Assembly (NCBI GenBank): GCA_964409605.1
Contig: CAYPEV010000001.1
Coordinates: forward strand, 1-51,919
Direction: 5' to 3'
DNA: 51,919 nucleotides
From: an uncultured Christensenella sp.
GTDB taxonomy: Bacteria > Bacillota > Clostridia > Christensenellales > CAG-138
Made by a program: the position numbers and the translations under genes. Within the stretch, counting starts at the first letter, position 1. Every line of letters starts with the position of its first letter. Below are positions 25,386-34,189 of the stretch, piece by piece. The notes under the pieces are model-generated. The model searched no databases. It saw only the letters and a list, made by a program, of their open reading frames with translations, and was not told the DNA's origin.

Positions 25386-26444
25386 CTAGCCTTCGTGCGT
25401 TTCGCACAGGAGCATCACGCGCTCCCGGGGCAGGCAGAACCAGCCCTCGCTCCCGATGAGAAACCGCGCTCCCTCCGCCTTGCCCAGCTCGGCGCGGATG
25501 GTGCCCGTCCCGCCCGCGGGCAGGAGCGTCAGCACGCGCGAAAAGACGTCGTCCGCGGTGTCCACCACGCGGCAGAGCAGCGCGTTCTCGATCCCCGCTT
25601 CGCAAGGCGCAACGAAGTGCGCACGGATGCCCGCGTGGGTGACCGTGCCCTCCTGCGGCGCGCAGGCGAGAAGGGCGTTCCATTGCGGCACGTGAACCGT
25701 GCCAGCTGATGTTTTTTCCGCGGGCACACAGTTCTTGCATCCGGAGATCAGCGCGGCCTGGAGCGTACGCGGCCGCTCGAACAGTTCCTCGGTATCGCAG
25801 ACCGGCTCGGAGACGCCCGCGTTGAGCACGCAGACGCGACGGCTCATGCGATAGACCTCTCCCCGGTCGTGAGACACCAGGAGCGCGGCGCCGGAAAATT
25901 CGGAAAGCGTCTGTTTTACCTCGCCTTCAAGCTGCCACCTTAAGTGGCTGTCCAGCGCTGCGAACGGTTCGTCGAGCAGGATCGCCTCCGGATCGGCCGC
26001 GAGCATGCGGCAAAGCGCCACGCGCTGCATCTGCCCGCCGGAGAGCTCGCGCGGATAGCGGTGCTCCAATCCGCAAAGGCGAAACCGCGCGATCAGGCTC
26101 TCGCGCTTCACCTTGCGGCTATTCGCATCCCGCACGCGGGAGAGGCCCGCGTCGATGTTTTGCAGCACGGTCATGTTCGGAAACAGCGCATATCTCTGGA
26201 AGAGATACCCGACCCTGCGTTCCTGCGGCGGCAGGTCGATCTTCCGCGCGGAATCGTAGAGCACGCGCCCGCCGAGCGCGATGCGCCCCTCGTCCGGCCG
26301 CTCCACACCCGCGATACAGCGCAGCGTCATGCTCTTTCCGCTGCCGGAAGCTCCCAGCAGCGCGGTGACGCCCGCCTCCGCGTGAAAGGAGACGTTCAAC
26401 GTAAATCCCTGCAATCGTTTGACGATGTTGACGCTCAGCGGCAT
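25386..26444 (-). CDS. modC: Molybdate ABC transporter ATP-binding protein
   Basis: Walker A GASGSGKS, signature LSGGQMQRVAL, Walker B ILLDEPFAALD. The C-terminal extension is TOBE-like. Adjacent to modB and modA. Confidence 0.85.
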   Translation of the reverse strand: MPLSVNIVKRLQGFTLNVSFHAEAGVTALLGASGSGKSMTLRCIAGVERPDEGRIALGGRVLYDSARKIDLPPQERRVGYLFQRYALFPNMTVLQNIDAGLSRVRDANSRKVKRESLIARFRLCGLEHRYPRELSGGQMQRVALCRMLAADPEAILLDEPFAALDSHLRWQLEGEVKQTLSEFSGAALLVSHDRGEVYRMSRRVCVLNAGVSEPVCDTEELFERPRTLQAALISGCKNCVPAEKTSAGTVHVPQWNALLACAPQEGTVTHAGIRAHFVAPCEAGIENALLCRVVDTADDVFSRVLTLLPAGGTGTIRAELGKAEGARFLIGSEGWFCLPRERVMLLCETHEG

Positions 26445-26501
26445 GTTCTCTCCGTTCGTCCCATTCTGACCGGTTCCGATTCGCACGCGCGAATCACCGA
26501 A

Positions 26502-27206
26502 TCACCATCTGCGTATATTCCTCATCTTTGCGTCCGCGAAGATGTTCATCAGCACTACGATGCCGAACGAGATCAGCAGTATGATCGCGACCCACAGCCC
26601 GGCGGTACGATAATCCCCGTTTTGAATCACCATCGCGATCCGCTGGGAAATCGTCCCGGTCTTGCCGGCGATATTCCCCGCGAGCATGCTGGTTGCGCCG
26701 TATTCGCCGAGCGCACGGGCAAAGGTAAGTATCGTACCGCTGACCACGCCGGGTCCCGCCGAGGGAAGCGCCACTCGCCAGAAGATCGCGCGTTCGCTCA
26801 TGCCCAGCGTGCGTCCCGCGTACAATAGCTCGATATCCACCTGCTCAAAGGCGGCTCGCGCGTTCCGGTACATCAGCGGAAACGCAATCACGCTTGCAGC
26901 CAGCACGCAGCCGAGCCACGTCTGCACGACCTTGATCGACAGTTCCTGATACAAAAACGTGCCGATCGGGCGGCGCAGGCTGAAGATCAGCAGCAGAAAG
27001 AAGCCTGCGACCGTCGGCGGCAGCACCATCGGCAGTGTCAGGATGCCGTCGACAAACGCTTTTGCGCGCCTGCCCATGCGCATCACGCACCGCGCCGTCC
27101 AGATGCCGAGGAAAAAGCAGATCACCGTCGCAACCAGTCCCGTCTTCAGTGAAATCCAGAGCGGGCTGTAGTCGAGTGTGCCGAGGATATCCCAAATCTC
27201 CTGCAT
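26502..27206 (-). CDS. modB: Molybdate ABC transporter permease
   Basis: 234 aa. EAA-loop-like LTFARALGEYGATSMLAGNI. Context with modA and modC. Confidence 0.9.
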   Translation of the reverse strand: MQEIWDILGTLDYSPLWISLKTGLVATVICFFLGIWTARCVMRMGRRAKAFVDGILTLPMVLPPTVAGFFLLLIFSLRRPIGTFLYQELSIKVVQTWLGCVLAASVIAFPLMYRNARAAFEQVDIELLYAGRTLGMSERAIFWRVALPSAGPGVVSGTILTFARALGEYGATSMLAGNIAGKTGTISQRIAMVIQNGDYRTAGLWVAIILLISFGIVVLMNIFADAKMRNIRRW

Positions 27207-27300
27207 CGTCTGCCTCCCTTCGAAAATTCTGTTTCGCCCTTCGGCGCAATAAAGGGATCCGGTCTCATCTTAACACAACGAAATCCAAATCCAAAGATGC

Positions 27301-27342
27301 GATATCGCCCGCCGCCAGATGGGTTGGACGGCGGGCGATATC
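27301..27342 (-). promoter_or_regulatory. 14-bp-stem hairpin in the unusually long modA-modB spacer
   Basis: GATATCGCCCGCCG ... CGGCGGGCGATATC. On the minus strand it is followed by a partly T-rich tract and then TTGGAT-16-TAAGAT. Confidence 0.55.
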
Positions 27343-27385
27343 GATTTGCTTTCTCCGTGTTCCCGTAAAAACGTTGGAAGAATGC

Positions 27386-28297
27386 TTATTGATTGATGAT
27401 GAACATGTATTTTTCGAAGATGGCTTTCACCGCGTCCGTCTGGAGGAATGCGATGAAATCATCCGCGGCCGCGGTCTGCGCGGCGGTGGCTTCCGCGTTG
27501 TTCACGCGGCAGACGGGATAGAGAATCTCGCCCGTCAGCGTGGTGTCCGCGATTTCGAGGATATCCACGTCGTCCTTGACGGAATATGCGTCGGAATAAT
27601 ACACGGTGCCGACTTCGTTGGAACCTTCCTTGACCGCTTCCTTGACCTTGCTGACGTTGCCGCACTCGTTGATCTCCACGCCGCCGAGCGCCGCCGAGAC
27701 TTCCGCCGTGGTATAGTCCGCAGCTGCCTTCGCGCCGTCCAGCACGCCGAGATTGATCAAAAGCTGCCGGGTATATTTGCCCGCGGGCACGCTGCCGTCG
27801 GCAAGGGCGATGCTCTTGGCGTTGGCGAGGTCGGCAAAGCCGGTGACCGCGGTGCCGCTGCCCTTGAGGGTAATCAGCGCGAGCTTGTTGGCCAAAAGGT
27901 CGACGCGCGAACCCGCGATCATATAGCCTTCTTCTTCCAGTGTTTTGATCTGGCTCGTCGCCGCGGAGAAGAAGATGTCGCACGCAAAGCCTTCCTGCAC
28001 CTGGGTCAGCAGCGTGCCGGAGCTATCCGCGTTATAGGTGATCACGACGTTCGGCTGGCTCGCGTTGTAGAGCGGAATGATCTCTTTGAACGCGCCTTCC
28101 AGGCTCGCCGCGATGAACAGCTGCACCTCGGCAGCTTCCAGCGGGGCGGCGGTGGGTTCGGGCGTGGCGGCCGGCGCTTCGGTCGCGGCTTCGGTCGCGG
28201 CGGGCGCTTCCGTTGCGGCGGGCGCGGCGGGGGCCGCGCATGCGCCGAGCATCGCCGTCATGGCGACTGCACAAAACAGGGCAATCCATTTCTTCAT
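27386..28297 (-). CDS. modA: Molybdate-binding lipoprotein ModA
   Basis: Start taken at the ATG at 28297 (MKKWIALFCAVAMTAMLGACA lipobox). An A/P/T/E linker precedes a ModA-type fold (DSSGTLLTQVQEG..DIFFSAA, GTVYYSDA). Confidence 0.88.
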   Translation of the reverse strand: MKKWIALFCAVAMTAMLGACAAPAAPAATEAPAATEAATEAPAATPEPTAAPLEAAEVQLFIAASLEGAFKEIIPLYNASQPNVVITYNADSSGTLLTQVQEGFACDIFFSAATSQIKTLEEEGYMIAGSRVDLLANKLALITLKGSGTAVTGFADLANAKSIALADGSVPAGKYTRQLLINLGVLDGAKAAADYTTAEVSAALGGVEINECGNVSKVKEAVKEGSNEVGTVYYSDAYSVKDDVDILEIADTTLTGEILYPVCRVNNAEATAAQTAAADDFIAFLQTDAVKAIFEKYMFIINQ

Positions 28298-28401
28298 GTT
28301 TTCGATCCTCTCATATTCGATTGATATATGGTGCGCGGGGAACCCCGCGTGAGCCATCGAAACAAGCATGAAGAACGGTTCGCGAAAGAAAACTCTTTCC
28401 G

Positions 28402-29427
28402 TTACTCCTTGCCGAACCCGCAGTTGGGATAGGTGCAAACCTCGCACTGCAGGCAGAGGCCGCCGTTGCCAAGCCGCGTGAGATCACGCCGCGTGATGCG
28501 CATGCCCGCGACCACGCGCGGCAGCACGATATCGAAGATCGACGCACGGGAATACATCACACAGCCGGGCAGGCCCATCACGGGCACGCCGTCCTCATAG
28601 TATCCGAGCAAAAACATCGCTCCCGGTAGCACGGGCGCGCCGTAGGTGACGATATCCGCCCCGCTTTCGCGAATCGCGGCGGGCGTACGGTCGTCGGGAT
28701 CCACGCTCATGCCGCCCGTGCAGAGCACGATGTCCACGCCCGCCTCGCGCACCTCGCGGATCGCGGCGACGATGTGTTCCGTGCTGTCGTCGCTTACGCG
28801 GCGCTCGGTCAGCGGAACGCCCAGCGCGGCGAGCTTACGCTCGACCACAGGCGTAAATTTATCGGTAATCCTTCCGTGAAACACTTCGTTTCCGGTCACG
28901 ACGATGCCCGCCCTGAGTCCCTTGCGATAGGGAGTGAGGCGCATCAGCGGCTCGCTTCCGACGAGAGCCTGCGCTTCCTCGATACGGCGGCGGTCGATCA
29001 ACAGCGGGATGATCCGCGTGCCGCCGAGCTTGTCCCCCGCTTTGACGGGGCTGTTGGTGTGCCGTGTTGCAACCATGATATCCGGCAGGTCGTTCAGCGC
29101 GTCGAGGCGCATAACATCCACCGTAAACACACCGTCCTCGGTGGCAAAGAGCTCGATCTTGCCCTCTTTCACCTCGCCGCGCCGCATGTTTGCGCTCTCG
29201 CAAAGCCGCGCGAGCCAATCCGCCGCCTCGTTTTCATGCAGCGTGTTTTCGTCCACTTCCCAGACGTAGAGGTGATCCTTTCCCATGGAGAGCAGCATGG
29301 GGATATCGTCCTTCGTGACGACATGCCCTTTTCGGAACTGCGCGTCCTTGCTTTCTCCGGGAACGATGCGCGTCAGGTCGTGACAGAGCACATGACCTAC
29401 GGCATCTTTCGTGTCGATGAGCTTCAT
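28402..29427 (-). CDS. Molybdopterin-binding (MoCF_biosynth/MoeA-like) domain protein
   Basis: 341 aa. MKLIDTKDAVGHVLCHDLTRIV..., VLCTGGMSVDPDDRTP. C-terminal Cys cluster CLQCEVCTYPNCG. Confidence 0.75.
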   Translation of the reverse strand: MKLIDTKDAVGHVLCHDLTRIVPGESKDAQFRKGHVVTKDDIPMLLSMGKDHLYVWEVDENTLHENEAADWLARLCESANMRRGEVKEGKIELFATEDGVFTVDVMRLDALNDLPDIMVATRHTNSPVKAGDKLGGTRIIPLLIDRRRIEEAQALVGSEPLMRLTPYRKGLRAGIVVTGNEVFHGRITDKFTPVVERKLAALGVPLTERRVSDDSTEHIVAAIREVREAGVDIVLCTGGMSVDPDDRTPAAIRESGADIVTYGAPVLPGAMFLLGYYEDGVPVMGLPGCVMYSRASIFDIVLPRVVAGMRITRRDLTRLGNGGLCLQCEVCTYPNCGFGKE

Positions 29428-29433
29428 ACGTGA

Positions 29434-29462
29434 ATCATACCATTATTTTTTCGAAAAAACAA
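29434..29462 (-). promoter_or_regulatory. Predicted promoter placed so that transcription would start at or next to the ATG (leaderless candidate)
   Basis: Minus-strand TTGTTT, 17-nt spacer, TGgTATGAT (extended -10). Only 6 nt separate the -10 from the ATG at 29427, and no SD is present. Confidence 0.4.
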
Positions 29463-29552
29463 CGCTTTTCATCCATTTTCGCTTGATGAATCTTTTCCCC
29501 GAGAAAATAACGGCTTTTCCTCCGTTCCTTCCGTTTTTGTTTGTTTCAGATG

Positions 29553-29574
29553 AAAAAAAGCGGGCTTCGCCCGC
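29553..29574 (-). terminator. Rho-independent terminator after the MOSC gene
   Basis: Minus-strand GCGGGC-GAA-GCCCGC followed by TTTTTTT. Confidence 0.8.
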
Positions 29575-29589
29575 AGAATGACCGTTTTC

Positions 29590-30024
29590 TTATCCCTCAA
29601 CCGCAACTTCGTCGCCGACGGCGATCTCACCCGGCGTGAGCACGCGCACGAAGATACCTTCATGCGGCATGATGCACTGGCCGACCTTTTTATAGATCTC
29701 ACAGTGCTGGTGACACTCTTTTCCGATCTGGGTGACCTCCGCGCGGCAAGCGCCGAGGCGCAGAATAGTACCCACGGGCAGGGTATATAGATTGATACCC
29801 TCCGTGGTAATATTCTCGGCAAACTTGCCGGGCGTGAGCCCGTCAAGTCCCAGCGCGGTCATCTTGTCGATGCTCTCCTGCGCAAGCAGGCTGACCTGCC
29901 GGTGCCAGTTGCCCGCGTGCGCATCGCCCACGATGCCGTGATCCACGCGCAGTTCCGCCCGCTCGACAGGCTGTTTGAAGGTGCCCTTCTTGGGGCTGAT
30001 GTTGATGGACGTGATCTTTGCCAC
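29590..30024 (-). CDS. MOSC domain-containing protein
   Basis: 144 aa, GTG start. GIVGDAHAGNWHRQVSLL ... CHQHCEIYKKVG. Typical MOSC beta-barrel with the conserved Cys region. Confidence 0.85.
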   Translation of the reverse strand: MAKITSINISPKKGTFKQPVERAELRVDHGIVGDAHAGNWHRQVSLLAQESIDKMTALGLDGLTPGKFAENITTEGINLYTLPVGTILRLGACRAEVTQIGKECHQHCEIYKKVGQCIMPHEGIFVRVLTPGEIAVGDEVAVEG

Positions 30025-30106
30025 AGCGCTTCCCCGCCTCCGTCAATTTCCTATTGATTACCATAGCTGGTAACCGCGCCGTTTTCCGTGACCGGCGCAC
30101 ACGCGT

Positions 30107-31057
30107 TCAGCCGCCGATTCGGCTCATGGTCTTGTCCGGTGCAAACCCATCGTCGAAGCAATGCGTCTGCGGTTTCTGCGCGATCGCCCGCGCGATCACC
30201 GCGCGAAGCAGATCGTCGCTCTCGTGTTCCAGCGCTTCCTTGAGCGAAAACTCCTCGTTGGAGCCGAGGCACGGACGGATCATGCCGTCGCTCATCACGC
30301 GCACGCGGTTGCAGTCCGCGCAGAAGCGATGCGTCACGGGGTCGATCAGCCCCACGCGTCCGAGCGCACCGGGGATCTGATAGTCCCGCGCGGGCTGGCC
30401 GCGATAGAGCGGCTCAACCGGCGTCAGCTGCGGATGCTTTTTCAGCAGCTCCGCGCCCGTCACGCGCAGGTCCGCGCGGTCCGTCTCGCCGAGCGGCATA
30501 TACTCGATGAAGCGCACATGTACGTCCCGCTCCTTCGTCAGCGCGATGAAATCCGCCGTCTCGTCGTCGTTCTGCCCGCGCAGGAGTACAACGTTGAGCT
30601 TGATCGGCGTAAAGCCCGCCGCATACGATTCCTCGATGCCCGTCAGGACGCGCTCGAGCGAGCCGCCGCCGGTGATCGCCGCATAGCGCTCGGACTTAAG
30701 CGAATCGAGGCTGATGTTCAGGCGGCCAAGTCCCGCCTCCTTCAGCGCGCGGCTCATGCCCGGCAGGTGCTGCCCGTTGGTGGTCATGGTGATCTCTTCG
30801 ATGCCCGGTATCGCGCGGATGCCGGAGATGATCTCCAAAAGATCGCGCCGCAGCATCGGCTCCCCGCCCGTGAGGCGTACTTTTTTGACGCCGACGGCCG
30901 CAAACGCGCGCGTGACGCGCAGAAACTCCTCCCGCGTCAGCTCCGCTTTTTTGGGGCATTCACCCTCCGCCGCGCGGCAGTAGGCGCACTTCAGCGTGCA
31001 GCGCTCCGTCAGCGAAAGCCGCAAATATGTGATGGTACGTCCAAAGCGATCGTTCAT
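30107..31057 (-). CDS. moaA: GTP 3',8-cyclase MoaA (radical SAM)
   Basis: YLRLSLTERCTLKCAYC radical-SAM cluster motif. C-terminal CADCNRVRVMSDGMIRPCL second cluster. Ends GG. Confidence 0.95.
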   Translation of the reverse strand: MNDRFGRTITYLRLSLTERCTLKCAYCRAAEGECPKKAELTREEFLRVTRAFAAVGVKKVRLTGGEPMLRRDLLEIISGIRAIPGIEEITMTTNGQHLPGMSRALKEAGLGRLNISLDSLKSERYAAITGGGSLERVLTGIEESYAAGFTPIKLNVVLLRGQNDDETADFIALTKERDVHVRFIEYMPLGETDRADLRVTGAELLKKHPQLTPVEPLYRGQPARDYQIPGALGRVGLIDPVTHRFCADCNRVRVMSDGMIRPCLGSNEEFSLKEALEHESDDLLRAVIARAIAQKPQTHCFDDGFAPDKTMSRIGG

Positions 31058-31092
31058 CTTGCTTCCGATCTGTTAGTGATGTGTTTCATTTG

Positions 31093-31509
31093 TTACGTGC
31101 AAATCGTCATTTCGTCGTGTATCCGTACCGCGCCGCCGCGCACGACCCGCGCAAACGCGCAGTTTTGCGGCAGCGGACAGGGTTCGCTCCCTTTGGCAAG
31201 CGCGCAGGCCTCGTAGCATGGTTTTCCTACGCGCGTGATCATCAGTTCGGCTTCTCCGGCGCTCAGGCGCGTTCCCGCCGCAAGCGCCGCGTAGTCCAGC
31301 CCCGCCGTAACGAGATTCGCCGCAAACTTCGCGGTGCAAAGTCCTCCGAAACCGCGTATCCGTTCCTCCGCCTCGCCGGAAAGAAGGCTCACAGAGCCGT
31401 CCTTCGCGCTCTTGTCGTCGCCGACGACGCCGAGGCGCTCGTTCAGCAGAAGCGAATCGACGCACGCCCGCGCACCGTCTTCCGCGCGCGTCAGGCGTTG
31501 GATTCGCAT
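31093..31509 (-). CDS. Second, divergent MOSC-like domain protein
   Basis: 138 aa. LGVVGDDKS ... [13 protein letters not shown]. Overlaps the moaC stop by 19 nt. Confidence 0.65.
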   Translation of the reverse strand: MRIQRLTRAEDGARACVDSLLLNERLGVVGDDKSAKDGSVSLLSGEAEERIRGFGGLCTAKFAANLVTAGLDYAALAAGTRLSAGEAELMITRVGKPCYEACALAKGSEPCPLPQNCAFARVVRGGAVRIHDEMTICT

Positions 31510-31991
31510 CCGCCCGCCTCACGCGTAAATATACCGCTCTTGCCGCCGCTCTTTTTGAGGAGCCGCGTGGAAACGATCTCCATGCCGCGGTCGACCGCCT
31601 TGCACATATCGTAGATCGTCAGAGCGGCGACGCTCGCCGCCGTCAGCGCCTCCATCTCCACGCCCGTCTTCTCGTCGCAGCGCACCTCCGCGATGATATG
31701 CACACGCTCCGGCGGGCAGGCGACAAGGTCGACTTGAACCGAGGTCAGCGCGATGGGATGGCACAGCGGGATCAACTCGCTCGTGCGCTTTGCGGCGAGG
31801 ATGCCCGCGATCCGCGCGGTGGCAAACACATCCCCCTTGGCCGCTGTTCCGCTCTGAATCAGCGCGAGCGTTTCCGGCTTCATGACGACGAAACTCTCGG
31901 CAATCGCCTCGCGATGGGTCACGTCTTTTTCAGAGACATCCACCATATGCGCTTCCCCGCGCGCGTTGACATGGGTCAATAGATCGTTCAT
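31491..31991 (-). CDS. moaC: Cyclic pyranopterin monophosphate synthase MoaC
   Basis: [25 protein letters not shown] ... IPLCHPI ... [10 protein letters not shown]. Confidence 0.95.
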   Translation of the reverse strand: MNDLLTHVNARGEAHMVDVSEKDVTHREAIAESFVVMKPETLALIQSGTAAKGDVFATARIAGILAAKRTSELIPLCHPIALTSVQVDLVACPPERVHIIAEVRCDEKTGVEMEALTAASVAALTIYDMCKAVDRGMEIVSTRLLKKSGGKSGIFTREAGGCESNA

Positions 31992-32085
31992 ACGCCGTCA
32001 TCCTTTCCGGTTTGTATGCCCGCGGGCGGAGATTGTCTTTTGAAAGCGATATTCTTCATTAAAACAACCGCCGCAGGATAGCTCT

Positions 32086-32114
32086 ATCATACGGCGGCAA
32101 AATAAATTTGGCAA
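32086..32114 (-). promoter_or_regulatory. Predicted promoter of moaC-MOSC-moaA-MOSC
   Basis: Minus-strand TTGCCA, 17-nt spacer, TATGAT. This leaves a leader of about 90 nt. Confidence 0.5.
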
Positions 32115-32217
32115 GCACATGCAGATTTTCTGAGGAGATATATTATTTTGAAAAGAATAACGCCTGCCGCCTTTGATTCCGTTTTTCTCGCATAAGGATC
32201 CTTGTGTTTTGTGTATC

Positions 32218-34146
32218 CTATTGCTGCTTCTCCGGCCAGATCTTTTTGATTCTGCCCGGCTTGTCATAGCGGTAACCGCCGAGCGCATCCAGCCTGCGCA
32301 GGAATGCTTCGCTGCTCAGCACGCGCAGGAACGCGCGCACCTGCGGGTTTTCCATTGCGGAAAGCGAAACAAGCAGATCATACGTCTCCTCACAGACGGG
32401 TATGAAGTCCAGATCGTACATCCGCGCGGCGGAGAGGATGCCAAGCCCGCAGTCCGCGCTGCCGGATGCGACCTGCGCGGCAACGGCGGTATGCGTCAGT
32501 TCCTCGCGGTCATAGCCTTCGATCGCCTGCGGGGATAGATTCGCCTGCCGGAGCAGGTAGTCCAGCAGCACGCGCGTACCCGCGCCCCGCTGCCGGTTCA
32601 CATAGCGAACGCCTTCCTTCTGAAGATCCGCAACGCCCTGGATGCCATAGGGATTCCCTTTTTTCACGATGAGCCCCTGCGCGCGGCGCACGCACTCCAC
32701 CAGCGCAACGCCGCCGTCGGGGATCATCCGCTCTACATAGGAAGCGTTATAGCTGCCGTCGGTTTCATCCAGCAGATGCACGCCGCCGAGCTGCGCCTCC
32801 CCGCGGCTCAAAGTTAGGATCGCGCCCATGCTCCCGACATGCGAGCTGCTGACATACGCGCGGATATCCGTGCGCCGGAGCAAGTCCGCCGCCTCGTCGA
32901 TGAGCGGGTCGTGGCTGCCGAGGATGCGCACCGTGCGAGCGATGCGATCGATGGGTCTAAGCAACCGCACATGCGCGCGCTCGCCCACCTCGTATCCTTC
33001 GCAGTTCTGCGGCACATCGAGGATGCAGTCCGCCCGCGTCAGCGAGGTGATCACGCCCGCGCCCGCCTGAATCGGCGCGGCGCTGAGGTTCCCCTCCGCG
33101 TCAAAACCGAGCGACGCGCGCACAAACTCGCGGTATTTCAGCGAGGAGACCATGCGCCTGCCCATCTTGACGCAGACGCTCTCTGCGTGTTCGCCCTCGC
33201 GCTTGAGCAGGCGGTCGATCACGGGTTTGACCAGCTCCTCCAGAACGAGTATACCGGAGACCGGATAGCCGGGCACGCCGACGACGGGTTTCCCGTTGAC
33301 CGCACCGAGCACGGCGGGCTTGCCGGGACGGATCGCAACCCCGTGAATACAGACCTCACCCAGCGCGCGGATGGCGTCGGCCGTGCCGTCGTCCCGCCCG
33401 GCGGATGTGCCCGCGCAGAGCAGCACAAGGTCGCTGCTCTGCGCAGCCTTCAGAAGCGCGGCCTGAACCATAGCGGGATCATCCTTCACCACCGGGCAGA
33501 CCACGCCCTCGGCGCCCCAGCGCTGAAGCATCGCGCAGAACACGGCGGAGTTGAACTCCAGTACTTCCCCTGCCTGCGGATCCGTGTCCGCGGGGACGAT
33601 CTCGTCGCCCGTCGGGATGACGGAAACGCGCGGTTTTGCCAGCACGGGAATCTTCCGCACGCCGCCCGCAAGCAGCGCGCCGATGGTCGCGGGTTCGATC
33701 TCCGTGTAGGAGGGCAATATCATATCGCCGGCGGAGAGGTCCTCTCCGATCTGGCGCACATGCTGCCAGGGAGTTGCGGCCTCGCACAGCAGAATTCCTT
33801 CTTCGTTCTCCAAGCAGTCCTCCGCCATCACGACCGCGTCGCAGCCCGCGGGCAGCGGATCGCCCGTATCCACGCGGACGAAATCCCCCTCCCGCAGATG
33901 GACGGGCGTGGTCGGCGTGGCGCCGAACGTTTTCTTTGCCGGAAGCACGATGCCATCCATGGCGCAGGCCGCATAATGCGGGCTCGACAGCCGCGCATAA
34001 ACCGCGCGCGCGCTCATGCGCCCCAGCGCGTCAGCGGCAGGGACCTCCTCTTCACGGGGCGACAGCCCGCGCTGTTCCAAAAAAGCGAGATACTGTGCGC
34101 GCGCCTCGTGCAGGGGCGTGTTGCTTAAATATTCGTGTCTGCTCAT
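32218..34146 (-). CDS. MoeA (molybdopterin molybdenumtransferase) fused to a C-terminal periplasmic-binding-protein-like domain
   Basis: Start taken at the ATG at 34146. The N-terminal ~400 aa are MoeA-like (SPHYAACAMDG, LLCAGTSAGRDD, HGVAIRPGKP). The C-terminal ~230 aa resemble a PBP/substrate-binding domain (RILGSHDPLID ... VNRQRGAGTR ... DFIPV). Confidence 0.85.
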   Translation of the reverse strand: MSRHEYLSNTPLHEARAQYLAFLEQRGLSPREEEVPAADALGRMSARAVYARLSSPHYAACAMDGIVLPAKKTFGATPTTPVHLREGDFVRVDTGDPLPAGCDAVVMAEDCLENEEGILLCEAATPWQHVRQIGEDLSAGDMILPSYTEIEPATIGALLAGGVRKIPVLAKPRVSVIPTGDEIVPADTDPQAGEVLEFNSAVFCAMLQRWGAEGVVCPVVKDDPAMVQAALLKAAQSSDLVLLCAGTSAGRDDGTADAIRALGEVCIHGVAIRPGKPAVLGAVNGKPVVGVPGYPVSGILVLEELVKPVIDRLLKREGEHAESVCVKMGRRMVSSLKYREFVRASLGFDAEGNLSAAPIQAGAGVITSLTRADCILDVPQNCEGYEVGERAHVRLLRPIDRIARTVRILGSHDPLIDEAADLLRRTDIRAYVSSSHVGSMGAILTLSRGEAQLGGVHLLDETDGSYNASYVERMIPDGGVALVECVRRAQGLIVKKGNPYGIQGVADLQKEGVRYVNRQRGAGTRVLLDYLLRQANLSPQAIEGYDREELTHTAVAAQVASGSADCGLGILSAARMYDLDFIPVCEETYDLLVSLSAMENPQVRAFLRVLSSEAFLRRLDALGGYRYDKPGRIKKIWPEKQQ

Positions 34147-34189
34147 CCGATTTCCTCGATTCCCGGTATTTGGCTTGCACGCATGATTG

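Noticed and set aside
28130-28250. GC-rich imperfect tandem repeat in DNA
   Set aside because: It encodes the Ala/Pro/Thr/Glu linker (APAATEAPAATEAATEAPAATPEP) after the ModA lipobox. Similar linkers occur in the sugar-binding protein (47340-47430) and MetG (20580-20700). These are coding low-complexity sequence, not separate elements.
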